From: Selenomonadales bacterium
Lineage (GTDB): Bacteria; Bacillota; Negativicutes; RGIG982
Reading direction: 5' to 3'
Assembly (NCBI GenBank): GCA_017390595.1
Contig: JAFPBC010000170.1
Location: 1-29,725, forward strand
DNA length: 29,725 nucleotides
Shown: piece after piece, positions 8,975-17,075 of the stretch
Position numbering within the stretch: position 1 is the first letter of the stretch
How the letters are laid out: each line of letters begins with the position of its first letter
Notes under the pieces: model-generated
Told to the model about the DNA's origin: nothing
Seen by the model: only the letters and a program-made list of their open reading frames with translations
The model's database searches: none
Position numbers and translations under genes: made by a program

Positions 8975-9733
8975 TCCGATAAGTCTTTTCAGCTCATCCG
9001 CACCGTCACGCATCGCGCGTTCACCTGCAAGGATACATTCCGAGATCTTGTCAAAATCACTCTGCGAGACATGACTGACCGCAGGATATATCATCATATC
9101 CGCATTTTTATATTTTTCACGACCAAGTTGTCTCTGCACGACTTCGAGCGACTGCAGTACGACATCAAAGGCATTCTCAACGACAGGCACATTCGAGCCG
9201 CGCATGAGGTCTACGCCGACCACGATATCTGCACCGAGCATACGTGCTGCATTGATGGGCATCGGATCGACGAGCGCACCGTCAACATACAGCGTACCTT
9301 CTTTGGCAAACGGTTCGAATATCCCCGGCACTGCCGTACTGGCACGGATCGCTTCGGCAAGGTTTCCTTTTCGTATCACGACCTCTTTCCCTCGATATAA
9401 GTCTGTCGCAACGATATACAGCGGCACCCTCGTTTCTTCTATCATCTGCTGACGTGTCATCTTATCAATGGCAGTCAGTATTTTTTTACCCGAAAACAAT
9501 CCCATTCGCGAAAAACCGAAGTTTATCCATTCACTTCGCTTCAGTCGCTGTGCCATCCGCTCTAATCGTTCCGACGAATACCCGCTTGCATACAGACCGC
9601 CCACCAAACTCCCGATACTGCATCCTACGATGTATGATATCGGGATTTTTTTCTCTTCCAGCACTTTCAGTACACCGATATGTGCCATCCCACGCAGACC
9701 GCCCGACCCCAATACCAATCCGATCTTTTTCAC
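8969..9733 (-). CDS. Patatin-like phospholipase (YlbK-like)
   Basis: Oxyanion GSGGLRG, nucleophile GCSIG and VDGA motifs; divergent from ylbJ as in Bacillus. Confidence 0.92.
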   Translation of the reverse strand: MKKIGLVLGSGGLRGMAHIGVLKVLEEKKIPISYIVGCSIGSLVGGLYASGYSSERLERMAQRLKRSEWINFGFSRMGLFSGKKILTAIDKMTRQQMIEETRVPLYIVATDLYRGKEVVIRKGNLAEAIRASTAVPGIFEPFAKEGTLYVDGALVDPMPINAARMLGADIVVGVDLMRGSNVPVVENAFDVVLQSLEVVQRQLGREKYKNADMMIYPAVSHVSQSDFDKISECILAGERAMRDGADELKRLIGS

Positions 9734-9765
9734 ATCGCACCTCTCATACCGATCCGTATCGTCAC

Positions 9766-9795
9766 GTCTATTCCGGAATATCTTTCATATATATT
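9766..9795 (+). promoter_or_regulatory. Possible sigma-E promoter of ylbJ
   Basis: GTCTATT about 15 nt before tATAtAtT, resembling the sigma-E -10 cATAcAnT; ylbJ is sigma-E controlled in B. subtilis. The spacer contains the palindrome TATTCCGGAATA (9769-9780). Confidence 0.3.
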
Positions 9796-9823
9796 ATTAA
9801 CCGATTTTCAGGAGGACTACACG

Positions 9824-11053
9824 ATGAAGTTTCGCACATTTCCATTGGGGACTTATACAGGGGCACTTATCAGCCTGCTGCTCACACTTGCCATGATCTA
9901 TTATCCCAAAGATGTTTTTGACTCTGCCATGATCGGTCTTAACCTCTGGTGGAGCGTCGTATTCCCTTCTCTGCTTCCTTTTTTTATCTTATCGGAAATA
10001 TTGATGGGTATCGGCATCGTTCACTTTATCGGCGTACTTCTGGAACCGTTGATGCGTCCGCTCTTCAACGTTCCCGGCATCGGTGCCTTTGCTCTTTCGC
10101 TCGGATTGGCATCAGGCTACCCGATGGATGCCGTCATCACGTCCAACTTTCGCAAGAATAATCTTTGTACAGCGATAGAGGCCGAAAGACTGCTCTCTTT
10201 TACCAATACAGCCGACCCGCTTTTTATGTTTGGTGCCGTAGCTGTGGGGATGTTCGGTATGCCCGAACTCGGCGCAACGCTTGCTATCGCGCATTACGGC
10301 GGCAGTCTGCTCGTAGGACTGTTATTCCGCTTTCACGGTACCTCTCGCGACGAATCGCAAGCATTACCGCTCACCACGGTCTCCGCCCGCCTCTTCCCGC
10401 GTGCGCTGTCCGCACTGGTAAAAGCAAGGCGCGAAGATAACCGCCCATTCGGCAAACTGCTCGGCGATGCTGTACGCGAATCGATGCAGACAAGTCTTTT
10501 GATCGGCGGATTCATCATTTTGTTTTCCGTATTTCTTCGCATCTTATCGACAGTAGGCGTTACAGACTGTCTGGCCGCCTTATTCGGCAGTCTGCTCCTG
10601 CTGCTTCACTTCGATATCGCCTCCGCGCACGCACTCGTCTCAGGTCTTTTTGAGATCGATCTCGGTGCACTTGCCGTCAGCGAATCATCGTCTCCTCTTA
10701 TCGAAAAAGTCACCTTGGTCAGTGCCATCATCGCTTGGAGCGGATTATCCGTACACGGTCAAGTAGCCAGCATCGTCATGGAAGCAGGCATCAGCATGAA
10801 ACCGTACATGGTCGCCAGACTGCTCCACGCCATCCTTGCAGGCCTCCTATCGTATATCTTGTTTGACCCCATTCGATTCGCTATGGAAAAGACAGCCATA
10901 CCTGTCTTCCAATCGTACTACACCTCATTCGATTGGCTTGCGCGCATAGAACACATCGCCGCCATACTGCTCCTCCTGCTGACGGCACTCCTTACCCTAT
11001 CTCTTATTTGTGTGCTGACGGCGAAATGTTACCACAATATAAAAAAACAGTAG
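9824..11053 (+). CDS. ylbJ: Sporulation integral membrane protein YlbJ
   Basis: WWSVVFPSLLPFF, LMRPLFNVPG, SGYPM, LLSFTNTADPLF and WSGLSVHGQV motifs. Start moved from 9680 to ATG 9824, which has an AGGAGG RBS. Confidence 0.92.
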   Translation: MKFRTFPLGTYTGALISLLLTLAMIYYPKDVFDSAMIGLNLWWSVVFPSLLPFFILSEILMGIGIVHFIGVLLEPLMRPLFNVPGIGAFALSLGLASGYPMDAVITSNFRKNNLCTAIEAERLLSFTNTADPLFMFGAVAVGMFGMPELGATLAIAHYGGSLLVGLLFRFHGTSRDESQALPLTTVSARLFPRALSALVKARREDNRPFGKLLGDAVRESMQTSLLIGGFIILFSVFLRILSTVGVTDCLAALFGSLLLLLHFDIASAHALVSGLFEIDLGALAVSESSSPLIEKVTLVSAIIAWSGLSVHGQVASIVMEAGISMKPYMVARLLHAILAGLLSYILFDPIRFAMEKTAIPVFQSYYTSFDWLARIEHIAAILLLLLTALLTLSLICVLTAKCYHNIKKQ

Positions 11054-11078
11054 GCATTTCTTCTTTGAAATGCCTACT
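11049..11078. terminator. Hairpin between the convergent ylbJ and SepIVA-like genes
   Basis: AGTAGGCATTTC-ttcttt-GAAATGCCTACT (12 bp), with an A-run before and a T-rich run after; includes the ylbJ stop. Confidence 0.8.
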
Positions 11079-11093
11079 TCTTTATCTTCCGAT

Positions 11094-11549
11094 TTATTTT
11101 TCCGAATATTTTTGGCGGAAATCAGCATGTGTCTGCTGAACGACCTGCAATGCCTTCTGCAAGTTGGTTTCCACACGCTCAAGCACGGTGTCCGCATAAT
11201 TCGCCATGCTCATTTCCATTTCATGTGCTACACGACGAGCTTCCGTGTCGATCTCTTCGGCTCTTTTTTCCGCTTGTTTTACAATAGCATGTTCTTCGAC
11301 CAAAGTGACCGCATAGACACGTGCTTGCTCTTTTAATTTTTCGCCTTCTTTTCTCGCGTCATCGAGAATTTTTTCTCTTTCTTTCAAGACGCGTTCTGCT
11401 TCTTGCAATTCTTGCGGCAACGATCTGCGCGCATCATCAACAAGGCGAGTCAACTGTTCACCATCAATAAATCGTTTACCGTTTAACGGAAAGCGAGCAC
11501 TAGCTTCCACCAGATTATCTATTTCGTCCAAGATCTCTTCTATTGACAT
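11094..11549 (-). CDS. Conserved coiled-coil protein, SepIVA/DivIVA-like (often annotated as ATPase or V-ATPase subunit H-like)
   Basis: LDEIDNLVE...P....IDGEQLTRLVDDARRSLPQELQEA..VL followed by a long heptad helix; lies after coaD. Start set at ATG 11549, which has a GGGGA RBS. Confidence 0.75.
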   Translation of the reverse strand: MSIEEILDEIDNLVEASARFPLNGKRFIDGEQLTRLVDDARRSLPQELQEAERVLKEREKILDDARKEGEKLKEQARVYAVTLVEEHAIVKQAEKRAEEIDTEARRVAHEMEMSMANYADTVLERVETNLQKALQVVQQTHADFRQKYSEK

Positions 11550-11571
11550 ATTGATATCCCCACTTTCCAAT

Positions 11572-12054
11572 CTAATCATTTTTATATTTTTCTATTATTC
11601 TTTGTTCTACATTGGCAGGCACAAGTCCTTTTATTGGTCCGTGAAATTTCGCCATTTCCTTGATCCCTGACGAACTAACGAACGAATATTGGCCGCCCGC
11701 CATCAAATATACCGTCTCGATATCGCTCGCGGCATGCTGCATGAAAAGGTCGCGCTGCATCTCATATTCAAAATCAGTCGATGTACGAAGTCCGCGTACG
11801 ATAGCGCAGGCGCCTTGTTCTCTCACATAGTCTGCCAAGAGTCCCGAAAATGCGTCGATGCGGATATTCGGAATATGTGCTGTCGCTTCCTTCAGCATCT
11901 CCACTCTTTCTTCCATCGTAAAAAGAGGTTTCTTGTTCGGATTGCAAAATACAGCAATGATAAGCGTATCAAACAGCTTAGCGGCACGTTCAAATATGTT
12001 CAAATGGCCGCTCGTTACCGGGTCAAAACTTCCCGAGCAAACTCCGATTCTCAT
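11572..12054 (-). CDS. coaD: Phosphopantetheine adenylyltransferase
   Basis: GSFDPVTSGH, IVRGLR..TDFEYE and SFVSSSGIKE motifs. Confidence 0.97.
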   Translation of the reverse strand: MRIGVCSGSFDPVTSGHLNIFERAAKLFDTLIIAVFCNPNKKPLFTMEERVEMLKEATAHIPNIRIDAFSGLLADYVREQGACAIVRGLRTSTDFEYEMQRDLFMQHAASDIETVYLMAGGQYSFVSSSGIKEMAKFHGPIKGLVPANVEQRIIEKYKND

Positions 12055-12055
12055 A

Positions 12056-12634
12056 TTACGACTCCTTTACAACTTTTTTATGCATCAAAAATGATACGAC
12101 AGTCTCACCATATCGTTCCTGACGGCGAATTTCCAATTTCGCAAGAGATGCTTCATCAATCATCTCTTTTTTCGAATGTTCTGCGATCAGTACACCACCA
12201 TCTGCCAGCACATCGCTCGTATCGACAAGTGTAACGACCTTTTCAACGAAACCCTGCTCATACGGAGGGTCGGCAAATATCAAGTCGAATTGCCGTCCTT
12301 CGCTTGCATACTGCGCCAGATATCGAAGCCCGTCCCCTTTGAGTACGGTGATACGGTCATCCAGTCTCGTCTTGACAGCATTCTCGCGAATGATACGTTG
12401 ACAGTTCGCGCTTTTGTCGATGGCGACCGCAGACGATGCCCCGCGACTGAGTGATTCTAAGCTTAGATTGCCTGTCCCCGCGAATACGTCCAAGACGCGT
12501 GCATCTTCTACCAGATATCCCAAGATACCAAAGAGCGATTCTTTTACACGATCGGTAGTCGGCCGTGTGGACAAGCCCGTCGGTGTTTTCAGTTGTATTC
12601 CTTTAGCACTGCCTGTAATAATTCTCATATTCAT
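12056..12634 (-). CDS. rsmD: 16S rRNA m2G966 methyltransferase
   Basis: MRIITGSAKG, RPTTDRVKESLF, LDVFAGTG and ADPPY motifs; the start may be ATG 12628. Confidence 0.95.
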   Translation of the reverse strand: MNMRIITGSAKGIQLKTPTGLSTRPTTDRVKESLFGILGYLVEDARVLDVFAGTGNLSLESLSRGASSAVAIDKSANCQRIIRENAVKTRLDDRITVLKGDGLRYLAQYASEGRQFDLIFADPPYEQGFVEKVVTLVDTSDVLADGGVLIAEHSKKEMIDEASLAKLEIRRQERYGETVVSFLMHKKVVKES

Positions 12635-12647
12635 CCCTCAATTTAAT

Positions 12648-12677
12648 ATTGTATCATATTTCACCTATCTCGTACAA
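12648..12677 (-). promoter_or_regulatory. sigma-A promoter of rsmD-coaD-SepIVA-like
   Basis: TTGTAC, 18 nt, extended TG-A-TACAAT. Confidence 0.6.
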
Positions 12678-12722
12678 TATAGAAAGATATACATCTTTTC
12701 TCGACCGCGGCCGCCGTATATT

Positions 12723-12750
12723 ACAGGATTTTTGCTCGATAAAGCGAATG
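12723..12750 (+). promoter_or_regulatory. sigma-H-type promoter of the DUF4127 gene
   Basis: acAGGATTT, 14 nt, GAAT (gcGAATg) matches the Spo0H/sigma-H consensus AGGAWWT-N14-GAAT; about 30 nt upstream of the ATG. Confidence 0.62.
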
Positions 12751-12778
12751 TTATTGTCAATACGAAAGGAGACATGAT

Positions 12779-14479
12779 ATGCGAATCACCTGCCGATTAC
12801 TGCTGCTGTTCATCAGCATACCGTTACTGTTCTTATTATCATCTTGCAGTCCCCATTCGTCTGATAGCGACTACCGCGAAGTCGATGCACATTTCCCCGT
12901 GCAAGCCAAACGCATCGCCCTTCTTCCGCTTGACAGTCGTCCTGCTTGTACGCTCTTACCGGAGCGACTGGCACGCATCGGAAACGTCGACCTTGTCACG
13001 CCGCCCAAAGATATATTAGACCATTATCACCGCCCCGCAGACCGAATGCAGCTTCGTAATTGGCTGCAAGCAGAAGCAGACAAGACCGATGTGATGATCG
13101 TCTCTGCCGATATGCTCCTGCACGGCAGTCTTCTTCATTCGCGTAAAAACGAGCTGACCGACGAAGATGTGACCTCCGCACTCGATTTCCTGCGCACACT
13201 GCGCAAGGAGCATCCGTCGCTTCGTTTATTCGTATTCCATACGATACCGCGACTCTTGATCGCAGACGATGAAGAAACAGAAGAATATCAAGAAGATATG
13301 CTCTCTTATTCGACGCTCCAAGAAGAAATACACATCTTCAACCAATCCGACCTGCTCGAAGATATGATGGAACTGGAGGAAGATATCCCGCAAGAGATAC
13401 GCGACCGTTACCACCGTCTGTATGAGCGCAATCGTAAGACGAACGAAGCGTTGCTCTCCCTCGTTGCCGATGGTACGATCGAATATCTCGCCATCGGACA
13501 AGATGACGGCCATATATTCGGCCTGCCGAATCTTGTGAAAGACCATCTTGACCGACAAGTACAGCGTGACGCCTTATTATCGGAACGCGTCGAGATCGTT
13601 CGCGGTGCCGATGAGCTTGCGATGCTTCTTGTCAGCCGTATCATAACCGAAGAACTGCCTCCGCTGTCCGTCTATGTTGCGTACGGTGATGAAGATATGA
13701 GCGGTGTAGTCATGCCATTCATGTCACAGTCTGTCAATACGACCGTAGAAGAAAAACTCGCCTCAGTCAACGCACAGCGTGTATATTCGGCTGATGAAGC
13801 AGACTATATCCTATATCTCTATATCGGAAACGACGCTTCCGATCTTAAGAGACCGCACATAGCAGCAGATGCTATCCGTCGGTTCGATGGTACAGGCAAA
13901 CCTGTCGCGCTCGTCGATCTCAGCGAGCACTTCCGTGCTTCCGAAACGCTCTTCCCTACCCTTTTGAAAGAGGAGTTTCCTATCCATCGCCTGATCGCGT
14001 ATGCGGGCTGGAATACTGCCAGCAACGCCATCGGTACGGCAGTATCTGAGGCAACGGTCTACACAGCCAAGATGAAACAAGCCCAAACAGCAGAAGAACA
14101 GCTTGCCATCGGCCACGCGAATCTTTTATATTTGAACGATCGCTTCCTTGATGATTATTACTACATGAAGCTCATCCAGCCATATTTAAAACTGCGGCTG
14201 AGTGCGCTTTTATCCGACCCGTATCAGTTGTCGATGAAATCCTATTACGAAGCCAACGGTTGGCTCGACACCGCTATGCAGAACCAAGCCGATCTGCTAT
14301 CGGCAACGACATCACATAAAGCTCCGTTCTCGCTTCCGCTCTCAACACTCGACGAGTCTTTTGCAATATCCCGTTTGACAGTCGAATCGAGCCTGCCGTG
14401 GGAGAGAACTTTCGAAGCAAATGTCATTTCTAAAATTTCTTTAAAAAAGTCGAAAAAAAGTGTTGACACAGCACGATAA
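12779..14479 (+). CDS. DUF4127 family protein, predicted lipoprotein
   Basis: Lipobox LLSSC after a hydrophobic leader; [18 protein letters not shown] and [14 protein letters not shown] motifs recalled for DUF4127; AAGGAG RBS. Confidence 0.8.
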   Translation: MRITCRLLLLFISIPLLFLLSSCSPHSSDSDYREVDAHFPVQAKRIALLPLDSRPACTLLPERLARIGNVDLVTPPKDILDHYHRPADRMQLRNWLQAEADKTDVMIVSADMLLHGSLLHSRKNELTDEDVTSALDFLRTLRKEHPSLRLFVFHTIPRLLIADDEETEEYQEDMLSYSTLQEEIHIFNQSDLLEDMMELEEDIPQEIRDRYHRLYERNRKTNEALLSLVADGTIEYLAIGQDDGHIFGLPNLVKDHLDRQVQRDALLSERVEIVRGADELAMLLVSRIITEELPPLSVYVAYGDEDMSGVVMPFMSQSVNTTVEEKLASVNAQRVYSADEADYILYLYIGNDASDLKRPHIAADAIRRFDGTGKPVALVDLSEHFRASETLFPTLLKEEFPIHRLIAYAGWNTASNAIGTAVSEATVYTAKMKQAQTAEEQLAIGHANLLYLNDRFLDDYYYMKLIQPYLKLRLSALLSDPYQLSMKSYYEANGWLDTAMQNQADLLSATTSHKAPFSLPLSTLDESFAISRLTVESSLPWERTFEANVISKISLKKSKKSVDTAR

Positions 14480-14491
14480 TTTGAATATAAT
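14463..14491 (+). promoter_or_regulatory. Consensus sigma-A promoter of the tRNA pair
   Basis: TTGACA (14463-14468), 17 nt, TATAAT (14486-14491); the -35 lies in the last codons of the DUF4127 gene. Confidence 0.92.
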
Positions 14492-14510
14492 AAAGAAGTC
14501 GGTTGGACAT

Positions 14511-14587
14511 CGGGGCGTAGCGCAGTTTGGTAGCGCGCATGGTTCGGGACTATGAGGCCGCAGGTTCGAATCCTGTCGCCCCGACCA
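14511..14587 (+). tRNA. tRNA-Pro(CGG)
   Basis: Acceptor CGGGGCG/CGCCCCG, discriminator A, encoded CCA, anticodon loop TTCGGGA, T-loop TTCGAAT; 77 nt. Confidence 0.97.
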
Positions 14588-14610
14588 CTTACAACCTACA
14601 AACTTCATAT

Positions 14611-14686
14611 TGGGGTATCGCCAAGTTGGTAAGGCACGGGTCTCTGACTCCCGCATTCCTAGGTTCGAGTCCTAGTACCCCAGCCA
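14611..14686 (+). tRNA. tRNA-Gln(CTG)
   Basis: Acceptor TGGGGTA/TACCCCA (U1-A72), discriminator G, CCA, anticodon loop CTCTGAC, T-loop TTCGAGT; 76 nt. Confidence 0.96.
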
Positions 14687-14695
14687 CGCAAACAT

Positions 14696-14723
14696 AAGCC
14701 ATCAATTTTTGATGGCTTTTTTT
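14696..14723 (+). terminator. Terminator of the tRNA transcript
   Basis: AAGCCATCA-short loop-TGATGGCTT followed by a T-run. Confidence 0.88.
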
Positions 14724-14761
14724 GTTGCATCTGTGGTATGCTATATACAGGAGGGATTCTT

Positions 14762-15355
14762 ATGAAATATATTCGACTTTGTTTTCTCGCTGTTATTTGT
14801 TCGATTTTTTTCCTCGTGCCACTCGCCTCTGCTCATGCCAATGCACAACCATCCCCGCAGCGCATCGCTATCCTCCCTGTTCAATTTATGGTAGCCTCTG
14901 ATGCTCGCGGTGATATCGCACGTTTGGTAGCAGATCCCGTCAACAAGAAATTTTATCATGCGCTGAATAACTTCACCAAAAAATACGAATATCTCTCGAC
15001 ATCCGACATCAAGCAAGAGCTCCCCGATCTCTATGTTTACCCGTATTTATCGGATAACGAATTAAAAAATCTCGCCGATCGTCTCGGTGCCGATATCATG
15101 CTCGCGCCGATCATTGCAAGATGCATCGACCATCAGACCTATTACTTAGAAGAGGTCATGCAAGAAACGTATGTCGAAGTTCATCTTATCGGTTACGAAC
15201 GCAGTCAAGATCACATCATCAGACTTGCCGATCGTGAACAATATTGGGGCATCTACAGCACACCATTCACAGCAGCTCCGCTGACACGCGATCTCATGGG
15301 CAGATTGATACCAAAATTAGAGGATAGTGTCCCTGCCCCGCTTATCAATAAATAA
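14762..15355 (+). CDS. Exported hypothetical protein
   Basis: Signal peptide MKYIRLCFLAVICSIFFLVPLASAHA. Start moved from 14738 to ATG 14762 (AGGAGGG RBS). Extended -10 TGgTATGCT at 14734-14742. Confidence 0.8.
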   Translation: MKYIRLCFLAVICSIFFLVPLASAHANAQPSPQRIAILPVQFMVASDARGDIARLVADPVNKKFYHALNNFTKKYEYLSTSDIKQELPDLYVYPYLSDNELKNLADRLGADIMLAPIIARCIDHQTYYLEEVMQETYVEVHLIGYERSQDHIIRLADREQYWGIYSTPFTAAPLTRDLMGRLIPKLEDSVPAPLINK

Positions 15356-15356
15356 C

Positions 15357-15400
15357 AAAATAAAAAGCCTTCACGAAAACATGAAGGCTTTTTTATTTTT
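15357..15400. terminator. Bidirectional terminator
   Basis: AAAAAGCCTTCA-8 nt-TGAAGGCTTTTT flanked by A- and T-tracts, between convergent genes. Confidence 0.9.
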
Positions 15401-16520
15401 ATTTCAAGGTCAATTCAACAAGCTCGTACTCTTGCGTACCCATGCCTAATTTTTCGGCATGTTCCAAACACGTTACCCAGTTCGTTCCCGGGCTGACTGT
15501 ATGGAAGTGGTCACCGTGTACACCGTTTGCCTGTGCTTGATCATCAAGATAGCTGCCGCCGATGATAGGAGCCTTATTGATAAGGTCCGCACATGCACGG
15601 TCGAGCGCAACAGGGTCGAACGAAGCCGCGATACCGATATTCGGTACGATCGGGACATCGTTTTCTGCATGGCAGTCGCAGAACGGCGAAATATCCGTCA
15701 TGATCGCAATATGGAAATGCGGTCTGTCATGAAGGATAGCCCATGTATATTCGGCCATTTTTTTGTTGAGATCGTCTTTCGAAGCATCCCAGGATGGTAC
15801 GATAGCATTGAAGTGACATGCCCCGAGACAACGACCGCAACCGACGCAGCGATCTTTGTCGATCGTCATTTTGCCGTCTTCCAAGATAGGCGCGCCATGT
15901 GCACAAATTTTCGCACAAACACCGCAACCCACACAGCGATTCGCACGCACACGCGGTTTGCCATTGCAGTGCATTTCCATTTTGCCGGCACGGGAACCGC
16001 CGCCCATCCCGATATTTTTGATAGCACCGCCGAAGCCTGTAAGCTCGTGTCCTTTGAAGTGCGACAAGCTGATGATGATATCGGCATCCATCAACGCACG
16101 ACCGATTTTCGCTTCTTGTACAAGTTCACCGTTCGGTACAGGTACATATGCTTCGTCCGTACCTTTAAGACCGTCGGCAATGATGATCTGACAACCCGTC
16201 GAGAACGGCGAATAACCGTTTTCGTATGCCGCATCCATATGTTCGAGCGCATCTTTACGACGACCGACATAGAGCGTATTGCAGTCCGTCAAGAACGGTT
16301 TACCACCGAGTTCTTTGACCTTATCGACAACGACTTTTGCATATTGCGGACGCAGATATGCCAAGTTGCCCGGCTCGCCGAAGTGAATTTTGATAGCCGC
16401 ATATTTTTCCTTGAAATCGATCGTCTCGATGCCTGCTTCTTTCATTACCGCTTCCAATTTCTGAAGCAGATTTACTCGCATCGTTGTACGCATATTCGTA
16501 AAATAAACTTTTGCCGCCAA
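15399..16520 (-). CDS. DUF362 domain protein with a 2x[4Fe-4S] ferredoxin insert
   Basis: AIKIHFGEPGN, SHFKGH...GFGGAIKNIGMG, CVGCGVCAKIC, CVGCGRCLGAC, SPFCDC and DPVALDRAC motifs; TTG start with AGGAGG. Confidence 0.88.
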   Translation of the reverse strand: MAAKVYFTNMRTTMRVNLLQKLEAVMKEAGIETIDFKEKYAAIKIHFGEPGNLAYLRPQYAKVVVDKVKELGGKPFLTDCNTLYVGRRKDALEHMDAAYENGYSPFSTGCQIIIADGLKGTDEAYVPVPNGELVQEAKIGRALMDADIIISLSHFKGHELTGFGGAIKNIGMGGGSRAGKMEMHCNGKPRVRANRCVGCGVCAKICAHGAPILEDGKMTIDKDRCVGCGRCLGACHFNAIVPSWDASKDDLNKKMAEYTWAILHDRPHFHIAIMTDISPFCDCHAENDVPIVPNIGIAASFDPVALDRACADLINKAPIIGGSYLDDQAQANGVHGDHFHTVSPGTNWVTCLEHAEKLGMGTQEYELVELTLK

Positions 16521-16540
16521 TTCTCTCTCCTCCTACGATA

Positions 16541-16571
16541 GAAAAGCCACAATGGTATTTTCATTGTGGCT
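16541..16571 (-). terminator. Terminator-like hairpin between TIGR04086 and DUF362
   Basis: Minus strand AGCCACAATG-aaaatac-CATTGTGGCT followed by TTTC. Confidence 0.65.
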
Positions 16572-16613
16572 ATGTTTTCCTATAAAATTCGTGCTGTCTG
16601 TCAAAATATCCTG

Positions 16614-17030
16614 CTACCTCACGCGTAAAACACCCAAGAGAGCACCAATAAACGATGTGATCAAACAGATACCCAGCGAGACACCCAGCCAAAGCACCGT
16701 GATGTCTGCACTGCTGCACCAAGCGATACATAAACCGATGAGCCAACAGATGAATCCGTTGATACCACCAAGCCATACAGCCTTACGCGCAAGTCGTCTA
16801 CTGCCGATATACGCCCCAATCCCCATGCAAACGAGAGGAATGAGAAACACAATATACACGTTGTATGCTCCAAGCAGATCGGGCATCGTCCATTCGATAA
16901 GACTGATAACAAGGAGTAATAATATGCACAAGACGACCGATACGACGAGCGCACAGAATGCGCCACTGCCGAAACTTCGCGGTACACGCTCCGCCTGCCC
17001 TCTGCCTTGATACCGTCTTGCTTTTCGCAT
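16614..17030 (-). CDS. TIGR04086/DUF3792-like four-TM membrane protein
   Basis: Four hydrophobic segments; GAYIGSRR..RKAVWLGGING and FIGALLGV patterns; GGGAGG RBS. Confidence 0.7.
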   Translation of the reverse strand: MRKARRYQGRGQAERVPRSFGSGAFCALVVSVVLCILLLLVISLIEWTMPDLLGAYNVYIVFLIPLVCMGIGAYIGSRRLARKAVWLGGINGFICWLIGLCIAWCSSADITVLWLGVSLGICLITSFIGALLGVLRVR

Positions 17031-17075
17031 ATCATCGCCTCCCGATTGGTAGATGATATGCGCTATATCGCCATC

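Noticed and set aside
9680-9823. 48-codon N-terminal extension of ylbJ in the ORF track
   Set aside because: It overlaps the divergent patatin start; the ATG at 9824 has a clear AGGAGG.
14688-15355. Possible integrated element at the tRNA 3' ends
   Set aside because: No integrase and no duplicated tRNA 3' end (att site) downstream.
15459-16541. 360-aa plus-strand ORF
   Set aside because: Antisense to DUF362; explained by the codon bias of the real gene.
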